Assembly (NCBI GenBank): GCA_051746725.1
Contig: JBNJFI010000021.1
Coordinates: 4,096 to 27,780 of the forward strand
Length of the DNA stretch: 23,685 nucleotides
Direction: 5' to 3'
From: Fusobacteriota bacterium
GTDB lineage: Bacteria > Fusobacteriota > Fusobacteriia > Fusobacteriales > JBNJFI01
Made by a program: the position numbers and the translations under genes. Each line of letters opens with the position of its first letter. Position 1 is the first letter of the stretch. The notes beneath the pieces were generated by a model that searched no databases, was not told the origin of the DNA, and saw only the letters and a program-made list of their open reading frames with translations. Positions 1 to 8,064 of the stretch are shown in pieces.

Positions 1-2
1 AT

Positions 3-56
3 TTAGAAGAAATTTTAAAAAAAGCAATTAAAATAGATGATTTAAAATTAGAATAA
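3..56 (+). CDS. 3' end of an upstream gene (…LEEILKKAIKIDDLKLE*), resembling an Rpn/DUF4351-type C-terminal tail
   Basis: Frame is open from the window edge to TAA at 54-56. Family resemblance is by eye from 17 residues only. Confidence 0.35.
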   Translation, partial: LEEILKKAIKIDDLKLE

Positions 57-201
57 TTTCAAGATATCTGATGTTAGACTAGAAGAGTTAAAATATAAAG
101 TAGTTTTAAACTCTTTAAAAGTTGGGATGGATATGGATATGATTTCAAAAGTAACTGGACTTACTAAAAAAGAGATATTAGAAATAAAGAAAAATAATTA
201 A
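52..201 (+). pseudogene. Fragment resembling the C-terminal helical tail of Rpn (PD-(D/E)XK recombination-promoting nuclease/putative transposase) proteins
   Basis: Frame reads …KYKVVLNSLKVGMDMDMISKVTGLTKKEILEIKKNN*, matching the typical 'L..GMD.E.I.K.TGL...EI' Rpn tail. There is no start codon or RBS upstream of the motif (stop at 49-51). Confidence 0.55.
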
Positions 202-233
202 AAGTAGAATGAACATATTGAAAGGAAAAAAAT

Positions 234-1193
234 ATGAATATCATTGATGAAGCAAATAGAATTTTTAATATAGAGATAGAAGAATTAAAAAAAGTACAAA
301 ATAAAATTGGAAAAGAGCTAGAGGAAGCCATAAATTTAATTATGGAAATGAAAGGAAAATTAGTTGTAACAGGGATTGGAAAATCTGGAATAATAGGCCA
401 AAAGATATCTGCCACTTTAGCTTCCACTGGAACTCAGTCAATATTTATGAATTCTGCTGAAGGATTACATGGGGATTTAGGGATGATTTCAGATAAAGAT
501 TTAGTATTAGCTATTTCTAATAGTGGAGGAAGTACAGAAGTTTTAGAAATTATCCCAGCTATTAAAAAAATAGGTGCAAAAATCATTGCCATGACTGGAA
601 ATAAAAGCTCAGAATTAGCAAAAAAGGCAGATGTTGTTTTAGATATAGGGGTTGAAAAAGAAGCCTGTCCAATAAATCTAGCCCCAACTTCATCTACTAC
701 TGCTACCTTGGTAATGGGAGATGTATTATCTGCAATATTAATAAAGTTGAAAAAATTTAAACCTGAAAATTTTGCACTTTATCATCCAGGGGGAAGTTTA
801 GGTAGAAAATTACTTACTAAAGTTGAAGATATCATGATTATAGGAGATAGACTTCCAATTGCTTCTAAAAATAGCGATATAGATAAAATTTTATTGGAAT
901 TAACTCAAAAAAGGGTTGGAGCAGTTTGTATAGTCGATGATAAGATGAATTTACAGGGGATCATAACAGAAGGAGATATAAGAAGAGCCCTTAAAAATAA
1001 AAAAGACTTTTTTGAATTTAAAGCTTTGGATATAATGACAAAAAATCCTGAAGATATAAATGGCAATAAAATGGCAATAGACGCATTGGAATTAATGGAA
1101 GATAGGGAAAATCAGATTTCTGTTTTACCAGTAACTGAAAAAAGCAAATTAGTGGGGTTAATTCGAATACATGATTTGTTAAAAATTGGATAA
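234..1193 (+). CDS. kdsD: KpsF/GutQ/KdsD family arabinose-5-phosphate isomerase (SIS + 2 CBS domains)
   Basis: Motifs GIGKSG, HGDLG, EACPINLAPTSST and HPGGSLG, with a C-terminal CBS pair. AAGGA RBS. Confidence 0.93.
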   Translation: MNIIDEANRIFNIEIEELKKVQNKIGKELEEAINLIMEMKGKLVVTGIGKSGIIGQKISATLASTGTQSIFMNSAEGLHGDLGMISDKDLVLAISNSGGSTEVLEIIPAIKKIGAKIIAMTGNKSSELAKKADVVLDIGVEKEACPINLAPTSSTTATLVMGDVLSAILIKLKKFKPENFALYHPGGSLGRKLLTKVEDIMIIGDRLPIASKNSDIDKILLELTQKRVGAVCIVDDKMNLQGIITEGDIRRALKNKKDFFEFKALDIMTKNPEDINGNKMAIDALELMEDRENQISVLPVTEKSKLVGLIRIHDLLKIG

Positions 1194-1239
1194 TAAATAA
1201 TAATTATAAATTAAAAGACATATTAGGAATTTTTAATAC

Positions 1240-1268
1240 TTGACAAAGTAGATAAAAGATGATATTAT
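1240..1268 (+). promoter_or_regulatory. sigma70-type promoter of the DUF1858 gene
   Basis: TTGACA-N17-TATTAT with extended -10 TG. Confidence 0.7.
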
Positions 1269-1294
1269 AAAATAAATATAGGGAGGTAATTAAA

Positions 1295-1501
1295 ATGAAA
1301 ATAACAAAAGATACAAACATTTTAAAAGCAGTTCAAGAATATCCTGAGATATCACAAGTATTTAGTAAGTATGGATTAGGTTGTGTTGGATGCATGGTAG
1401 CTTCTGGTGAAACTTTAGGAGAAGGAATAAGTGCACATGGTTTAAATGCAGATGTTATAATAGAAGAAATAAAAGAATTAATACGACAAAAAGATAGTTA
1501 G
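1295..1501 (+). CDS. DUF1858 / hybrid-cluster-protein-associated redox disulfide domain protein
   Basis: ITKD…YPE…VF…GLGCVGC…ETL.EG..AHG pattern. Strong GGGAGG RBS. Confidence 0.85.
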   Translation: MKITKDTNILKAVQEYPEISQVFSKYGLGCVGCMVASGETLGEGISAHGLNADVIIEEIKELIRQKDS

Positions 1502-1503
1502 AG

Positions 1504-1534
1504 AAAAAGGCAACCCAGAGAGGTTGTCTTTTTT
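1504..1534 (+). terminator. Intrinsic terminator
   Basis: AAAAAGGCAACC-CAGAGA-GGTTGTCTTTTT stem-loop with T-run. Confidence 0.85.
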
Positions 1535-1565
1535 ATTCTGAATAAAAAATAAATTTGATTAAAAA

Positions 1566-1594
1566 TTGAAAAACATAAAAAAATAAGGTATAAT
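1566..1594 (+). promoter_or_regulatory. sigma70-type promoter of the rluA-rnhB operon
   Basis: TTGAAA-N17-TATAAT. Confidence 0.7.
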
Positions 1595-1657
1595 ACAGTA
1601 AGATGTTAATTAAAATAATATATTAAATTGGTTTTATTATATGTAGGAAGGAAAAAA

Positions 1658-2578
1658 ATGGAATTATACCCAGAAAAAACAGACGAAAATATGCGGTTAG
1701 ATAAATACCTAACTAGAGAATTAGATGAAACAAGAAGTCAAATTAAAAAATATATAGATAAAGGTGATATAAGAATAGAAGGACAAAGCAGTAGTAAAGC
1801 GGGTTATAAATTAAATGGAGATGAAAAGATAATTATTAACCTTACCAATGACGAATTTGAGCTGACTCCTCAAAATATAGATATAGAAATAATATACGAA
1901 GATAAAGATATAGCTATTATAAATAAAGAGGCTGGAATAGTAATTCATCCAGCTAAAGCCCATCCTAAAGATACTTTAGTAAATGCAATTTTATTTCATA
2001 TAAAAAAACTCTCAAATGCAGGAGAGAGATTTCGACCTGGTATAGTACATAGACTGGATAAGGATACAAGTGGTTTAGTTGTCATAGCTAAAACAAATAA
2101 AGCTTATTATAAATTAGTTGATAGATTTAAAAATAAGGATATAGAAAAGAAATATTTAACAATTACAAAAGGAGTTCCGAAGCCTAGCGGTAGGATCGAC
2201 AATTTAATAGGGAGAAACCCAAAAGATAGATTAAAAATGGCTGTAGTGAATCAGAATGGAAAAAAAGCCATAAGTAACTATAGGGTTTTAGATGAAAACA
2301 ATGGATATGCTTTAATTGAAGTTCAGATTGAAACTGGGAGAATGCATCAAGTTAGAGTCCATATGAATCATATAGGATGTCTTATATTAGGAGATGATAG
2401 ATATGGTATTTCCAAAGCGGCTTCTAGACAGATGTTACATGCATATGAATTAAAATTTGAACATCCTATAACAGGAGAAGAAATAAAAATAAAAGGTCCA
2501 ATACCAAGTGATTTTGAAAATCTAATGAAAAATTATAATTTAAAATTAAAAGATGAAATTGAAAGTATGGGGGAATAA
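1658..2578 (+). CDS. rluD: RluA/RluD family 23S rRNA pseudouridine synthase with S4 domain
   Basis: RLDKYL (S4), INKEAG.VIHP, RPGIVHRLDKDTSG catalytic motif, ETGRMHQVRVH, LHA. ATG 1658 after AGGAAGG is preferred over TTG 1628. Confidence 0.9.
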   Translation: MELYPEKTDENMRLDKYLTRELDETRSQIKKYIDKGDIRIEGQSSSKAGYKLNGDEKIIINLTNDEFELTPQNIDIEIIYEDKDIAIINKEAGIVIHPAKAHPKDTLVNAILFHIKKLSNAGERFRPGIVHRLDKDTSGLVVIAKTNKAYYKLVDRFKNKDIEKKYLTITKGVPKPSGRIDNLIGRNPKDRLKMAVVNQNGKKAISNYRVLDENNGYALIEVQIETGRMHQVRVHMNHIGCLILGDDRYGISKAASRQMLHAYELKFEHPITGEEIKIKGPIPSDFENLMKNYNLKLKDEIESMGE

Positions 2579-2580
2579 TT

Positions 2581-3177
2581 GTGAATGAGCTTTTAGAATT
2601 TGATAGACAATATAATAATATAGTAGTAGGAGTAGATGAAGCAGGAAGAGGTCCACTGGCTGGCCCAGTAGTTGCTTCAGCTGTAATAATAAATAATCCT
2701 GAACCTTTAGATGGAATTAATGATTCAAAAAAGTTAAGTGAAAAAAAAAGAGAAAACTTTTTTGACATTATAAAAAACAATTGTGAAGTTGGGGTTGGAA
2801 TAATTTATGAAAATAGAATAGATGAAATAAATATACTAAATGCTACTTTTGAAGCCATGAATAATGCTATATTAGATTTAGATAAAGATCATGACTTAGT
2901 TTTAGTTGATGGCAATCACAAAATCAAAAATTATATTGGAGATCAACAGCCTGTTGTAAAGGGAGATGGAAAGAGCCTTTCCATTGCAGCAGCTTCTATT
3001 ATAGCAAAGGTGACAAGAGACAGAATAATGAAAAATAAAGATTTAGAATATCCAGAATATGGATTTTCTCAACATAAAGGATATGGAACAAAAAAGCATA
3101 GAGAAAAGTTATTAGAGATTGGACCTTGTAAAATACATCGAAAATCTTTTTTGAAAAAAATACTATCTAAAGGTTAA
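2581..3177 (+). CDS. rnhB: Ribonuclease HII
   Basis: GVDEAGRGPLAGPVV, DSKKL, DGN, KGD..S.SIAAASIIAKVTRD, HKGYGT. Confidence 0.97.
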   Translation: MNELLEFDRQYNNIVVGVDEAGRGPLAGPVVASAVIINNPEPLDGINDSKKLSEKKRENFFDIIKNNCEVGVGIIYENRIDEINILNATFEAMNNAILDLDKDHDLVLVDGNHKIKNYIGDQQPVVKGDGKSLSIAAASIIAKVTRDRIMKNKDLEYPEYGFSQHKGYGTKKHREKLLEIGPCKIHRKSFLKKILSKG

Positions 3178-3179
3178 TT

Positions 3180-4217
3180 ATGAAAAATTTGATAAGGTTA
3201 AACTTCAAAAAATTAATTCCTACGATATCTAAAAAAAAAGAGATATTTACAAAATTAAAAATTGGTGACATAGTAAAAGCAAAGGTTATGGACCAAGATG
3301 GAAAAAAAACTCTCTTGAATATAAAAGGAACAGATGTTTTGACAGATATAGACCATAAATTAACAAGGGGAGAAGTAATAAAACTAGAAGTTCAAAAATT
3401 TAAAGAGGAAAAAATTCTAGTTAAAATGAGAGATCATTCAGCTAAAAAAGAGTTAAACTTTAAAAATCCTAAAAATAAAAACCTCAAAAAAGCGATATTA
3501 TCCGAAAGTATAAAAAGTAAAACTTTTTTGAAAGAATCTCAAATAAATAGAGTTGTTAAAAAATATAATGAACTTAATAATAAACTTGGGAATCTGGATA
3601 CAAAAAAGGGTGTAATTAAAAAGGATATAATAAGAGCTCTTATTATAATCGAAGGGAATGATTTAGATTTTTCAGAAGAATTATTTAAAAATATAAGAGC
3701 TTATTTAAACCATGATATAGAAAAAAAGAAAAAAATAAATAAAGATGATTCTGAAAAATTTAAAGAGGATTTAAAAAGTTATTTGAAAAACTTAAAAGAA
3801 TCTAAAAATCCTTTTGATAAGGGATTAAAAATAATGAATGCTATTAATAAAGAAAAAAAACAAAATATCTTAGAATTCATGTTTCTTATCAATAAAAATT
3901 TAAAACCTGTTGAAATAAAGATAAGATATCCAGGCAAAAAAGGTGATGAAAAAATAGACTATGAAAATAGCTATATAGATTTTAATTTAGAGCTTGAAAA
4001 TATTGGAGAGCTTAAGATATCTTTTAATAGCTGGAAAAAAAAAGTGGAAATAACATTTTGGACTTCTAACAAAAAAGCTAAAGATGTAATTTTAAAAGAT
4101 ATAGACATTTTAAAGCAAAACATTGAAGATTTAGGATATAAAATTGATGGGATAAAAATAAAAAATTTAAGAGATGAGATTAAACCTGAAATTAAAGGAG
4201 TCAATGTGAAAGCATGA
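3180..4217 (+). CDS. FliK-like protein (hook-length-control C-terminal domain; YlqG-like position)
   Basis: C-terminal 'LELENIGELKISF…VEITFWTSN…L…L…LEDLGY'-like pattern. Sits between rnhB and a FlhB-like gene, as in the rnhB-ylqG-ylqH order. Confidence 0.6.
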   Translation: MKNLIRLNFKKLIPTISKKKEIFTKLKIGDIVKAKVMDQDGKKTLLNIKGTDVLTDIDHKLTRGEVIKLEVQKFKEEKILVKMRDHSAKKELNFKNPKNKNLKKAILSESIKSKTFLKESQINRVVKKYNELNNKLGNLDTKKGVIKKDIIRALIIIEGNDLDFSEELFKNIRAYLNHDIEKKKKINKDDSEKFKEDLKSYLKNLKESKNPFDKGLKIMNAINKEKKQNILEFMFLINKNLKPVEIKIRYPGKKGDEKIDYENSYIDFNLELENIGELKISFNSWKKKVEITFWTSNKKAKDVILKDIDILKQNIEDLGYKIDGIKIKNLRDEIKPEIKGVNVKA

Positions 4218-4468
4218 AAAAAAAGGCTGTTGGAATAGGATATGATAAAGAAAAAGATAATGTCCCTAAAGTAATAGCAAAAGGTGAAGGTCGTTTGGCT
4301 GAAGAAATAATTAAGGTTGCAAAGGAAAACGGGATATACATAAAGGAGGATAGAAATCTTCTTGAAATCTTATATAAATTAGATATATCTCAGGAAATTC
4401 CAGAAGAATTATATGAAATAATAGCCGAAATATTTATATATGTTTATAAGGCTGATGAGGAGGTGTAA
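4214..4468 (+). CDS. Stand-alone FlhB cytoplasmic-domain homolog (EscU/YscU/HrcU family, YlqH/FlhX-like)
   Basis: KAVG.GY….PKVIAKGEG.LAEEII..AKENGI…ED..L…L….QEIPEELY..IAEI. Confidence 0.9.
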   Translation: MKKKAVGIGYDKEKDNVPKVIAKGEGRLAEEIIKVAKENGIYIKEDRNLLEILYKLDISQEIPEELYEIIAEIFIYVYKADEEV

Positions 4469-4471
4469 GGC

Positions 4472-5602
4472 ATGTCAAAAAAGGTGAAAAATCTGAAAAT
4501 ATCTGAAATAACTCCTGGAATGAAAATAGGAAAAACAATAGTAGATCATAATTCAGGAGAAATATTGATTGAACAAGGACAAGAGATTACTCATCATGGA
4601 TTAAAAGAATTAAAGTTATATTTTAAACAGAATAAAGGAGATATCAAGATAAAGGCTATTTCAGATAAAAAACATATATTTAAAATAGACGGGAAAGTCA
4701 CCTATTTACCCTCAAAGTCTTCTAAATATGTGAAAGATGCAATTAGTGCTAAAACTCAACAAGAAGCCCTAACGGTTGTAGATAATGTAATAAAAAATGT
4801 TCGTATGGGTGAAGATATAAACTCAGAAGATATTAAAAAAGCAGTAGGCGGAATAATATCCGACATGATGGGAAATGAAGATGCAGTTATTAATTTATTA
4901 GATATTAAAAAATTTGATGATTATACATATACCCATAGTGTTAATGTTGCAACAATATCTTTGATGATTGGGAAGGAACTAGAGATTTCCAAAGATCAGT
5001 TATTTAAACTAGGTGAAGGGGCCTTGCTTCATGATCTAGGAAAAATAAAAGTAGAGGAAGAGATTTTAAAAAAGCCTGGAAGATTAACAGAAGATGAATT
5101 TGAAATAATAAAAAAACATCCAGTTTATACATATCAGATTTTAAAAGAGAAAAAAAACATTGCTGAAATATCAAAATACATTGCCTTACAACATCATGAA
5201 AAATTTGATGGCATGGGATATCCACTCGGTTTAAAATCAGAAAAAATTAATTATTTTGCTAAGATAGTGGCTATAGCTGATGTATACGATGCTTTAACTT
5301 CCAGAAGACCGTATAAAGATCCCATGACTCCATATAAGGCCATGAAGATAATAATTGAAGGGAGTGGAACACACTTTGATCCAGAGTTATTAGAAAAGGT
5401 AGTTAGGATTCTATCTATTTATCCCCCTGGAACTCATGTATTATTAAATACAAATGAAAAAGCTGTGGTGAAGAAAGTAAACAAGAAAAATAAAATGGGT
5501 CCAATTGTTGGAATTATAGGTGAGGGTTTAAAAACTCGTGAAGTGGACTTAAGTAAAAGTAAAAAATACTTTATTAAGAAAGTTCTTGGTAACGATGAAT
5601 AA
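4472..5602 (+). CDS. HD-GYP domain cyclic-dinucleotide phosphodiesterase
   Basis: YTYTHSVNV, LLHDLGK, HHEKFDGMGYPLGL, IADVYDALTS.RPYK, FDP. Confidence 0.92.
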   Translation: MSKKVKNLKISEITPGMKIGKTIVDHNSGEILIEQGQEITHHGLKELKLYFKQNKGDIKIKAISDKKHIFKIDGKVTYLPSKSSKYVKDAISAKTQQEALTVVDNVIKNVRMGEDINSEDIKKAVGGIISDMMGNEDAVINLLDIKKFDDYTYTHSVNVATISLMIGKELEISKDQLFKLGEGALLHDLGKIKVEEEILKKPGRLTEDEFEIIKKHPVYTYQILKEKKNIAEISKYIALQHHEKFDGMGYPLGLKSEKINYFAKIVAIADVYDALTSRRPYKDPMTPYKAMKIIIEGSGTHFDPELLEKVVRILSIYPPGTHVLLNTNEKAVVKKVNKKNKMGPIVGIIGEGLKTREVDLSKSKKYFIKKVLGNDE

Positions 5603-5963
5603 AAATACTCGTGACATTGGAAAAAAAGGTGAGAATAAGGCCAAGAATTACCTTCAAAAAAAGGGATTTGAAATATTAGAAGAGAATTTTTATGGGAAAT
5701 ATGGAGAAATAGATTTGATTATACAAGATGAAAAAAGCACTGTTATTTTTGTTGAAGTAAAATATAGAAAAACAAAAAAGTATGGCCTAAGTCAAGAGGT
5801 CATAACCCGGAAAAAGAAAAAACGGATGTATCTAACAGCCTTAGAATATATAAATAAGAAAAATATAAACGACTATAACCTTAGATTTGATTTAATTGCA
5901 ATAAACAACACGAAAATTACATGGATAAAAAATATTATTTGGGGTGATGAAATTGGATTTTAA
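5595..5963 (+). CDS. yraN: YraN (UPF0102) family endonuclease-like protein
   Basis: G..GE..A..YL..KGF.ILE.N, GEIDLI, FVEVKYR, RFDLIAI. ATG 5595 overlaps the HD-GYP stop. Confidence 0.9.
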   Translation: MNKNTRDIGKKGENKAKNYLQKKGFEILEENFYGKYGEIDLIIQDEKSTVIFVEVKYRKTKKYGLSQEVITRKKKKRMYLTALEYINKKNINDYNLRFDLIAINNTKITWIKNIIWGDEIGF

Positions 5964-6150
5964 ATGTTTAAAATGTGGTTCTGATAAATATGAAGTTAAA
6001 AATGTTATGTTACCAGAAAAAAATGAAGATGGTTTAATAGGCTTTGAAATGAGCTTATATTATTTTAAGACATGTTTAAACTGTGGATATACTGAAACAT
6101 ATTCAGCTAAGATTTTAAATAAAAATAAAGAGCTTAGCTTTGATTATTAA
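5944..6150 (+). CDS. Small zinc-ribbon protein (DUF2082-like)
   Basis: CLKCG…CLNCGYTETY. The true start may be TTG 5953, 6 nt after GGGGTG. Confidence 0.7.
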   Translation: MMKLDFKCLKCGSDKYEVKNVMLPEKNEDGLIGFEMSLYYFKTCLNCGYTETYSAKILNKNKELSFDY

Positions 6151-6784
6151 AAAATTATTATTTAAAAACAGATGTAAAATATGTAATGAAAAATTAAAAT
6201 GGAATAAATATTCAATTTGTTCAAATTGCTACAAACAAATAAAGGGAAGGCGCCGATTAAGATTGCTAGGTAATAATATATATTATCTTTGGAATTATAT
6301 TGGCCCTATAAAAAAATTAATTACAAGATATAAATTAGATAATCAAAAAAAGGTATCTCTTATATTTTCAAACCTAATAGATCAAAATTTAAAAGATATT
6401 ATCAAAAAAGAAAATATAGATTATATAATTCCAGTACCTATAAGTAAAAAAAGAAAAAGAAATAGAGGATTTGATCAGTTAGAAGAAATTTTAAAGAAAA
6501 TCGGTATAAAAACTATAAAAATCAGAAGAAAAAAAGAGACGAAACACATGTATGATTTAAAAACTTATGATAAAAGAAGAGAGAATATAAAAAATAGTTT
6601 TGTTATAGGAAAAAAAATTGATTTAGATGGTAAAAATATCTTGATTTTTGACGATATTATAACTACAGGTAGTACAGTAAATGAAATTAAAAAAGAAATA
6701 TTAAAACAGTACAATCCAAATAGATTTATTATTTTTGTCATTGCAGCGGCTAAAACTTATAAAAGAAGGAGTGGAAAAATATGA
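6140..6784 (+). CDS. comF: ComF family phosphoribosyltransferase-like protein
   Basis: N-terminal CxxC…CxxC, IIPVP…RGFDQ, ILIFDDIITTGST. Confidence 0.9.
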   Translation: MIIKKLLFKNRCKICNEKLKWNKYSICSNCYKQIKGRRRLRLLGNNIYYLWNYIGPIKKLITRYKLDNQKKVSLIFSNLIDQNLKDIIKKENIDYIIPVPISKKRKRNRGFDQLEEILKKIGIKTIKIRRKKETKHMYDLKTYDKRRENIKNSFVIGKKIDLDGKNILIFDDIITTGSTVNEIKKEILKQYNPNRFIIFVIAAAKTYKRRSGKI

Positions 6785-7179
6785 ATTTTGATAATTTAAC
6801 AGAATGTGAGATATGTGGAAAAGATTTTTTTAAAACAGATAAAAAACCTATATGTTCTAGATGTAGAGGTGCAAAAGAAGATGAGGTTTTTAAAATTGTA
6901 AAAGAGTTTTTATATGAATATCCTGATTCATCAATGGAAGAAGTATCTGATGAAACTGATGTTTCTGAAGACCTTATAGATGCTTGGGTAGATGAAGGAA
7001 GATTAGAAAGAGGGAAATCGCTTTCAAAAAGTTGTCAGATGTGCGGGAAGCCAATAAGTAGAGGAAAGTTATGTAAAAAATGTAAAGCTGAATTAGATGA
7101 TGTTGCAGATTCTTTATCTTCTAGAAAGAAAAAGAAAAAAAGGGCGATGTATGTAACAGATGAAGAAAAAAAATCCTAA
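6781..7179 (+). CDS. Flagellar operon protein YvyF-like (double zinc ribbon)
   Basis: C..CGK.F…C..C, VKEFL…P, W.DEGRL, C.MCG.PI..G.LC..C. Canonical position between comF and flgM. Confidence 0.8.
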   Translation: MNFDNLTECEICGKDFFKTDKKPICSRCRGAKEDEVFKIVKEFLYEYPDSSMEEVSDETDVSEDLIDAWVDEGRLERGKSLSKSCQMCGKPISRGKLCKKCKAELDDVADSLSSRKKKKKRAMYVTDEEKKS

Positions 7180-7203
7180 AGTTAATAAAAAAAACTCCGA
7201 TAA
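7177..7203 (+). promoter_or_regulatory. sigma28 (FliA/SigD) promoter of flgM
   Basis: TAAA-N15-TCCGATAA; the -35 overlaps the yvyF stop codon. Confidence 0.85.
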
Positions 7204-7261
7204 ATATATTAGAAGATAAAGTTAGGAAATAAATAAACAAAACGAAAGAGAGGTGGCTAAA

Positions 7262-7567
7262 ATGAAGATACCAGGATTAACGAGCATCTATCAGAGTCAG
7301 AAGACAAATAAAGTTACTAATAAAAAAGTAAATAAGGATCTTGAAAAAAATAACTCAGTCAAAAATTTACAAGATAAAGTAACTATCTCTGATAAAGCAA
7401 AAAATCAAGAGGTGAAAAAAGAAGTGGAAATTGCAAAAAAGTATTATGATTCTCTACCAGAAGTAAGAGAAGATAGGGTGTCTGAATTGAAATCTAAAAT
7501 TCAAAGTGGTAATTATAATGTAAGTGATGAAGATGTAGCAAATGCAATATTGGGTAGACTAGGTTAA
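7262..7567 (+). CDS. flgM: Anti-sigma28 factor FlgM
   Basis: DKVTIS…VREDRVSELKSKIQSGNYNV…VANAIL. ATG 7262 after GAGGTG (alternative GTG 7253). Confidence 0.92.
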   Translation: MKIPGLTSIYQSQKTNKVTNKKVNKDLEKNNSVKNLQDKVTISDKAKNQEVKKEVEIAKKYYDSLPEVREDRVSELKSKIQSGNYNVSDEDVANAILGRLG

Positions 7568-7568
7568 T

Positions 7569-8021
7569 ATGAAGTTAATAGAAGTTCTCAAAAAAGAGCT
7601 AGAATTATATCAGGAGGAATTAACACTTTCTCAAAAAAGGATCGAAGGTATAAAAAATGAAAGCATGGGGGAGCTTAGAGAAATAATAAAACAAGAGAAA
7701 TCTCTAAGTTTTAAGCTTGATAAAATTGAGGATACACGCCAAGATTTGGTAGAACAATATGGCTATTCTACTCTGAAAGAATATATTTTTTCATTAGATA
7801 ATGAAAAACGAGATGAACTTTGGAGTTTAAGACAAAAATTGATAGATGTTTTAAATTCTATACAGGAAAATAATATATTTTCAGAGAAATTAATTGATAT
7901 TTCAACAGGAACTATAAAAAAAATATTAGATAATCTTACTCAAAATACAGAAATAGGATATAATAATAAACAGAAAAAAAATAATGTGATACAAAGAAAT
8001 ATATTAAATCATAAAGTTTAA
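7569..8021 (+). CDS. flgN: Flagellar export chaperone FlgN
   Basis: Helical ~150 aa protein between flgM and flgK, with 'N..LI' and C-terminal 'GY…G/K' pattern. Confidence 0.8.
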   Translation: MKLIEVLKKELELYQEELTLSQKRIEGIKNESMGELREIIKQEKSLSFKLDKIEDTRQDLVEQYGYSTLKEYIFSLDNEKRDELWSLRQKLIDVLNSIQENNIFSEKLIDISTGTIKKILDNLTQNTEIGYNNKQKKNNVIQRNILNHKV

Positions 8022-8047
8022 AAGCAGCTGGGATGCTGCTTTTTTTT
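8020..8047 (+). terminator. Intrinsic terminator-like hairpin between flgN and flgK with a TGGGAT loop
   Basis: AAAAGCAGC-TGGGAT-GCTGCTTTT followed by more T. Confidence 0.75.
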
Positions 8048-8064
8048 GAAAGTAGGTGTAAAAA

